Shown one piece after another: positions 58,963 through 64,000 of a stretch of DNA of 64,000 nucleotides. Below the pieces are notes generated by a model that searched no databases, was not told the origin of the DNA, and saw nothing but the letters and a program-made list of their open reading frames with translations. Both the position numbers and the translations under genes were made by a program. Position 1 is the first letter of the stretch, and each line of letters opens with the position of its first letter. This stretch comes from Patescibacteria group bacterium (lineage in GTDB: Bacteria; Patescibacteriota; Patescibacteriia; JAHIZJ01): assembly GCA_028714495.1 (NCBI GenBank), contig JAQTMH010000005.1:32840-96839 (forward strand), written 5' to 3'.

Positions 58963-61389
58963 TTAAATTAATGTCTTTTCGCCTTCCCGCCTGGTGCTTC
59001 CGGCGATTGGCAAGGTAAAGAAGAAATTGGTGCCCCTGCCTTCTTCCGATTTAAACCAGATCTTACCGCCTGAGGCTTCGACCACCGATTTCGCGACATA
59101 GAGCCCCAAGCCAGTTCCTTCGGTCTGCAGAGTAATGACATTATCAGCCCGGAAAAACTTTTTAAAGACTTTTGACTGCTGGGATTTTGGAATGCCGACG
59201 CCCGTGTCAAAAACTTCAAAAGTCAAAAACTTCGCATCCCGACTGACCCGAACTCCCAATTTGCCTCCCTCAGGCGTATACTTAACGGCATTTGAGATTA
59301 GATTCTGAAATACCTGTCGGATCAACTTTGGATCAATCTTTATTTGGGGAGTACCGCCAGATAATTTTTCAAATACCGTCTTCTGTTTTTTCTGTTTGAT
59401 TATATGAGCCAGTTCAAAAATCACGCTTTCGATCATGCCATCGATATCGGTCAGTATCGGCTCTATGGCAATTGTGCCAGATTCGATGCGCGAGACATTC
59501 AAGAGGTCGTTGACCAGAGCGATCATTCGCTCGTTGGACTTGGTAATATGATCGATATATTCAGACTGCTCCTTATTTAGCTTTCCCGCGTCACCATCCA
59601 TGAGCATCTCGAGAAACCATTTCGAGGCCGACAATGGCGTGCGCAACTGATGCGAGGCGACAGACACGAACTCTGATTTCATCTTATCAATCTCTTGTTC
59701 CTTTGTCACGTCCTTAATAACTACCACGCCACCGTGAATTTCACCGCTGGGATCTTTTAAGGGTGTCGCGGTAATAGTCACGGGTATCCCTTTTTTCTTT
59801 TTGGTTACGACGGCGAATTCCCCGGTTCCGGTAGCCACTACGTTACCGGTCTCGATCGCCTTGATAATCGGATTTACATCCTTGTTTTTATCGGTCAGCT
59901 TGATGTATTTTAGATTAATAATCGCGTCTAAATCTTTTCCAATTATTTCCGGGATCCGATAGTCAAGCAAGTCGCTGGCCGCTTCGTTGCAAGCGATAAA
60001 CTCTTTATCTTTATTCAAAGCCAATACGCCATCACCGACATTCTGTAAAATTGATTCAGATTTGTTTTTTTCATCTTCAATCGAATGTCTGGCAATTTCC
60101 AGATCCCTTACCTTTTGGCGTAATTCTTGAGTTCGTTCGGCTACCAGCGCCTCCAATTTTGTATAGTACTCGTGAAGTTTGTCCTTCATGTTGATAAAAC
60201 TATGCGTCAAGTCGCCAATCTCGTCTTCTCTTTCCGGCGGCTGGATATCGATATCCAGATTACCATGACTTAGCCGGTTAGCGTTAATCGCCAGTTCCTT
60301 CAACGGCCGAGTGATAGATTTAACCAGAAATCTTGTGATAAAGTAGATCAGCACAAACATACCCACGCCAATAATCAAAAATCTTAGACGGATTGAACCG
60401 ATGCTGCTGGTGACTTCTGATTCAGGTATGCCCCTGGCGATGCTCCCGATTACTTCATTCTCAAAATTTCTGATCGGCTGATAAGCCACTAGGTACCATT
60501 CATCGAGTTCAAACGCTCTACCGGAAAAATCTTTTTGGGTTATATAAACAGTATTAACTATTTCTTCGGAAGCCAATGTTCCAATCGCCCGCTTGTTAAT
60601 ATTCTGATATTGCTGCGTAGTGGCGGCCCGGGCATCATAGAGATACAGCGACGCGATACCCCTGCCTCGCTGGACCAAACGATCGAGTATTTCATTATTA
60701 TTATTCAAGAGAACTCCCCCAATGATCGCACCGACAACCTCACCGTCATTGATTATCACAGTGCCCGCCGCCATCACCAAACCATCATGTTCATCTTCCT
60801 GGGTTCGCCATCCTTGTTTTGACTTTTCCGTGGGTATTCTATTTATCAAAGCTTTTTTAGCCAACTCCTCAGAATGGGCTTGCATTTCTTCCTGGGTGAT
60901 TATTTCAACCGATTTGCCAGTGGTTTTATTCTTAATTACATTTTCTACATAACCCTTGAGTGATATTTTCTGTCCAACTTTAATATTTTCACTACCGACT
61001 AAGATGTTTCCTTTTGAATCTACAATATCAACAAAACTCAATCCTTGGGCTTCCTGAGTATTTTTTATTTGTTTCTTAAGAGCGACATACTCGGATAATT
61101 CCTCTAATTTTGAAATGTCTTTTTCAGCAGCTAACGTATTCACTGTTTGGACAAAATCTTGGCCTCGGGCTAATGATTCAACGTCAGTTAGAATTTGATC
61201 ATGACTCTCACTGAACACAATTGAAAATGTCTCAAGCGTGGCATTAACGCGTTCCTGTACTTCCGTTTTCAGACTGCCAGTAAAAGTCGAAATTATCATG
61301 TAAACAAAAATTGCGATTACGCAACCGGCAATCGCCACCATGTAATAGAGAAAACGCGTGTTTAAACTCGAAGAGAAAAATTTCGCCAT
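58963..61389 (-). CDS. Sensor histidine kinase (Cache-HAMP-PAS-HisKA-HATPase)
   Basis: Two TMs, DEIGDL HAMP, PAS, SHQLRTPL, NAVKY, DTGVG, GTGLGL. Confidence 0.95.
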   Translation of the reverse strand: MAKFFSSSLNTRFLYYMVAIAGCVIAIFVYMIISTFTGSLKTEVQERVNATLETFSIVFSESHDQILTDVESLARGQDFVQTVNTLAAEKDISKLEELSEYVALKKQIKNTQEAQGLSFVDIVDSKGNILVGSENIKVGQKISLKGYVENVIKNKTTGKSVEIITQEEMQAHSEELAKKALINRIPTEKSKQGWRTQEDEHDGLVMAAGTVIINDGEVVGAIIGGVLLNNNNEILDRLVQRGRGIASLYLYDARAATTQQYQNINKRAIGTLASEEIVNTVYITQKDFSGRAFELDEWYLVAYQPIRNFENEVIGSIARGIPESEVTSSIGSIRLRFLIIGVGMFVLIYFITRFLVKSITRPLKELAINANRLSHGNLDIDIQPPEREDEIGDLTHSFINMKDKLHEYYTKLEALVAERTQELRQKVRDLEIARHSIEDEKNKSESILQNVGDGVLALNKDKEFIACNEAASDLLDYRIPEIIGKDLDAIINLKYIKLTDKNKDVNPIIKAIETGNVVATGTGEFAVVTKKKKGIPVTITATPLKDPSGEIHGGVVVIKDVTKEQEIDKMKSEFVSVASHQLRTPLSASKWFLEMLMDGDAGKLNKEQSEYIDHITKSNERMIALVNDLLNVSRIESGTIAIEPILTDIDGMIESVIFELAHIIKQKKQKTVFEKLSGGTPQIKIDPKLIRQVFQNLISNAVKYTPEGGKLGVRVSRDAKFLTFEVFDTGVGIPKSQQSKVFKKFFRADNVITLQTEGTGLGLYVAKSVVEASGGKIWFKSEEGRGTNFFFTLPIAGSTRREGEKTLI

Positions 61390-61401
61390 GCCAATCCTTT
61401 T

Positions 61402-61557
61402 TTATAAACCCAGTTTGGTAATAATCCGGTTTAACACGTTGGGCCGGTAATCAAATGGCTGATGTTCTCTTAATTCCGGCATAATAAAAACCCACTCGGC
61501 CGGCTGGGTGGGATATCTGACAATAAATTTTTTTGCCTGCTTTATTTTTGTTTTCAT
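61402..61557 (-). CDS. 51-aa leaderless ORF upstream of the kinase (not in ORF track)
   Basis: TGGACA-17-TATAAT ends 6 nt before the ATG; stop 12 nt before the kinase ATG. Confidence 0.45.
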   Translation of the reverse strand: MKTKIKQAKKFIVRYPTQPAEWVFIMPELREHQPFDYRPNVLNRIITKLGL

Positions 61558-61650
61558 GTTTTAATTATAGCATAGTTAATGAATTTTGTCCAGCAAAAAC
61601 AGAATAATCAAAAATTTATAAAGAATTTTGACATTGTGGATAACCTCCTC

Positions 61651-61679
61651 TTGACGTTCGGTTTTTGTTCGGGTAGGAT
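61651..61679 (+). promoter_or_regulatory. lexA operon promoter with direct-repeat operator candidate
   Basis: TTGACG-17-TAGGAT; spacer contains TTCGG-N6-TTCGG (61657-61672); DnaA box at 61635-61643. Confidence 0.7.
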
Positions 61680-61757
61680 ATAAATATCGAGATATTCACA
61701 ACCTTGAATGAGTAATAAAGCGGTTTGTGATTGATAACAAAATGTGGAATAATTCAA

Positions 61758-62228
61758 AATTAAAAATGTAAAATTCAAAAGGAAGGAAGACGACAGGGAG
61801 AAATGAAGGGCATTTTATGGCTGTCGTCACTATTCATCAACGCACCTTAAAATTTAGTATTACTATTACTCGTTTCCTTCATAAGATTATCGCCACACCA
61901 AAATCGCACATCATCAGAAATCAGCTCATGCGATCAGGGTGTTCAATCGGCGCCAATATTGTCGAAGCGCAACATAGCGTCACCAAGAAGGAGTTTCAAC
62001 GCTTTATAAGTATCGCCTTACGTTCTGCTAGAGAGACCGAATACTGGCTGAATATATTAAAGGAGCTCGAAAACAATCATCAACCGTTTATCAACAATAT
62101 TCTCCGAGAAAATGATGAAATTTCTAAAATTATCGCAGCCATAATTCTTAAATCAAAGGATGGGACTTAAATTTTGCGTTTTGAATCCTTAATATTATAC
62201 ATTAATTTTGAATTTTACATTTTTAATT
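61758..62228. mobile_element. Four-helix-bundle gene element bounded by perfect 23-bp inverted repeats
   Basis: AATTAAAAATGTAAAATTCAAAA (61758-61780) and its exact reverse complement (62206-62228). Confidence 0.55.
61817..62170 (+). CDS. Four helix bundle protein (23S rRNA IVP/bAvd-like)
   Basis: QLMRSGCSIGANIVEA, SARETEYWL. Confidence 0.92.
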   Translation: MAVVTIHQRTLKFSITITRFLHKIIATPKSHIIRNQLMRSGCSIGANIVEAQHSVTKKEFQRFISIALRSARETEYWLNILKELENNHQPFINNILRENDEISKIIAAIILKSKDGT

Positions 62229-62294
62229 CTTTAAAAGATCTACCATAATTTTGCATTTTTAATTTTAAATTTTTAATTCTTAATTGACATTCAT

Positions 62295-62951
62295 ATGGTT
62301 GAACGCCTTACTAAAAAACAAAAAGAAATTCTTGACTTTGTAATCGAGTTTATAAAGGTAAGCGGCTATTCACCGAGTTATCGGGAAATTGCCGACCATC
62401 TCGGTCTGTCCTCCCCTGCCACCATCCATGAACATATCCGAGGACTTGAAGACAAGGGCTATCTCAAGGCCCAAGAGGGCCGGGCTCGCTCGCTTGAACC
62501 AACCCGGGCAACGCGTTTCAAAAAAGCGCTTGAATTACCCCTCGCTGGTTTGATTACAGCCGGAGAGCCGATTGAGGCTGTTCAAGAAAATGAGACAATT
62601 ACCGTTCCGGCGGAAATTGTTCGCGATGAAAATTCTTATGTCCTGAAGGTTAAGGGTGAATCAATGATCGAGGATGGAATACTGGACGGCGATTATGTAA
62701 TTGTTGAACGCAATTTCTATCCGCGAAATGGCGATGTAGTCGTAGCTCTACTGGACAATACCTATGCCACGCTTAAACGTTATTACCGTGAAAGGTCGCG
62801 CATCCGCCTTCAGCCAGCCAATTCAAAGATGAAGCCGATTTATTCCAAGAATCCGGCGATTCAGGGAATTGTCCGTGCCATTTTCCGCAAGTTTGAAACT
62901 GATTGGCAGAACTATAAAACCTACACTAGAGGTTTTCAGACGGTAAAGTAG
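62295..62951 (+). CDS. lexA: SOS repressor LexA
   Basis: LTKKQ..PSYREI HTH, AG cleavage site (TAGEP), GESM Ser, TLKR Lys. Confidence 0.96.
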   Translation: MVERLTKKQKEILDFVIEFIKVSGYSPSYREIADHLGLSSPATIHEHIRGLEDKGYLKAQEGRARSLEPTRATRFKKALELPLAGLITAGEPIEAVQENETITVPAEIVRDENSYVLKVKGESMIEDGILDGDYVIVERNFYPRNGDVVVALLDNTYATLKRYYRERSRIRLQPANSKMKPIYSKNPAIQGIVRAIFRKFETDWQNYKTYTRGFQTVK

Positions 62952-62960
62952 AACAAAGGT

Positions 62961-63067
62961 AATGTAAAATTAAAAATTAAGAATTAAAAATGATGGTAAT
63001 CCGCCGCAGGCGGATACAATAATTTTAAATTTTACATTTTGTCCCCGACTTGATCGGGGATTGAATT
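62961..63067. repeat. Gene-less palindromic AT-rich element with two GC hairpins
   Basis: AATGTAAAATTAAAAATTA...ATCCGCC-GCA-GGCGGAT...TAATTTTAAATTTTACATT, then TCCCCGA-N5-TCGGGGA. Confidence 0.7.
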
Positions 63068-63074
63068 CCGATTT

Positions 63075-63329
63075 ATGACTCACTACGAGAAGGTTAATGA
63101 ACCCATTAATGTCATTGCCTCGTTCGCGGGCAATAAAGTGATCCCGCATGCTTTTACCTGGGGACAGCATCGCTATACCATAAAAAAGCTCAACCTGGTG
63201 CACCTAGAACGGGTGGGCCGAGATCTAATTTATTATTTCTCGGTTTCGGACAAAGCCAATACCTTTAAGCTGGCTTTTAATCCGAGCGAGCTCAAATGGC
63301 GTTTGGAGGAATTGTACACGGAGGGGTAA
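63075..63329 (+). CDS. Small SOS-associated protein (DUF6504-like)
   Basis: EPINV...P..FTW..HRY.I...YYFSV...F.L.F...W.L pattern; downstream of lexA. Confidence 0.6.
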   Translation: MTHYEKVNEPINVIASFAGNKVIPHAFTWGQHRYTIKKLNLVHLERVGRDLIYYFSVSDKANTFKLAFNPSELKWRLEELYTEG

Positions 63330-63384
63330 ATATGCTATAAAAAAACCCGATCCCTTTGTCTGGGTTCGGGCCCAATGAGCATTG

Positions 63385-63942
63385 TTATTGAATCTGATTA
63401 GCTTCCCCTTCCTCCCACCGGTAGATCTGCCAGTAACTCTCGGCCGTGTTGGGTGGCCGTCGACTCCGGACATAGAGAGTAACGACCTTGAAAAGAATGG
63501 CTCGGGTTAGCTGACCGCTTCCGGTTCGAACGCCATCAACTGTTTTGGGTTCGGGATAGTAAGAAACCTCTGTCTTGCACATCAGGCCATCAATCCGCCA
63601 GCCGTCAGCGATTGCGACCACGGTGGATGAATCGCTCCGCCACATTCGAAAATCAAACCCAGCAAACTTCGGTCCGCCCACCATGGCTTCAAGGAGAATC
63701 TTTCGAGTGGTTTCCAGCCAATCGGTTCGGCTGTTTGAAGGAGGATTTGGACCAGGCCCGGTATACAGCTGCACGAAATCCGGAGCAAGTAGGTCTTCAA
63801 GCTCCCCTATGCCGTTCCCATTCATCGCCTGATTGAGGCAGTCGATAACTACCTGGGCTGAATCTCCGTAACACTCTGCCCAGCCCGTGCTTGGAAAGAG
63901 CAGAGTCGTAAGTGCTGCTGAAAGAACCAACCACCTTTTCAT
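63385..63942 (-). CDS. Secreted NTF2-like hypothetical protein (GC-rich orphan)
   Basis: SD GGGAGG, signal peptide, LEDLLAPDF, C-terminal WQIYRWEE. Confidence 0.65.
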   Translation of the reverse strand: MKRWLVLSAALTTLLFPSTGWAECYGDSAQVVIDCLNQAMNGNGIGELEDLLAPDFVQLYTGPGPNPPSNSRTDWLETTRKILLEAMVGGPKFAGFDFRMWRSDSSTVVAIADGWRIDGLMCKTEVSYYPEPKTVDGVRTGSGQLTRAILFKVVTLYVRSRRPPNTAESYWQIYRWEEGEANQIQ

Positions 63943-64000
63943 TGAATCCTCCCGTTTTTCTTCTTTTTCCCACTCCCTCACTAAGGACACGTTCGCCACA

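Noticed and set aside
61817-62170. Diversity-generating retroelement suggested by the Avd-like gene
   Set aside because: No reverse transcriptase or template repeat in the window
1-64000. tRNA, rRNA, transposase, integrase or prophage genes
   Set aside because: No cloverleaf, rRNA signature, or recombinase/phage motifs recognised by eye

Overview
Bacterial chromosomal segment whose gene set and style point to a CPR/Patescibacteria genome (inference: short ProRS, AMP phosphorylase/form III-type RuBisCO/R15P isomerase trio, Asn/Thr-rich linkers, near-leaderless genes). The core genes are rseP-proS-mreBCD-mrdA, greA, lysS, serS, alr-ddl-ftsQ-like, gltX, AmmeMemoRadiSam, priA-def-fmt, clpB (with CIRCE), a surface-polysaccharide cluster, the RuBisCO nucleoside pathway, a two-component system and lexA. 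The most striking hidden structure is an integron-like gene-cassette array at 10.7-14.3 kb directly behind serS. It has an attI-like site, three intact attC hairpins whose cores are complementary to the previous cassette junction, three half-sites and six cassette ORFs (two too short for the ORF track), and no integrase in the window. Also notable are: a four-helix-bundle gene bracketed by perfect 23-bp inverted repeats inside the lexA leader, with gene-less copies of the repeat elsewhere; GC-rich orphan genes, including a LysM/beta-barrel-like protein; and a promoter-to-terminator unit without an ORF (candidate ncRNA). No rRNA, tRNA or CRISPR array was seen. All family assignments are from motif recognition by eye, not database searches.
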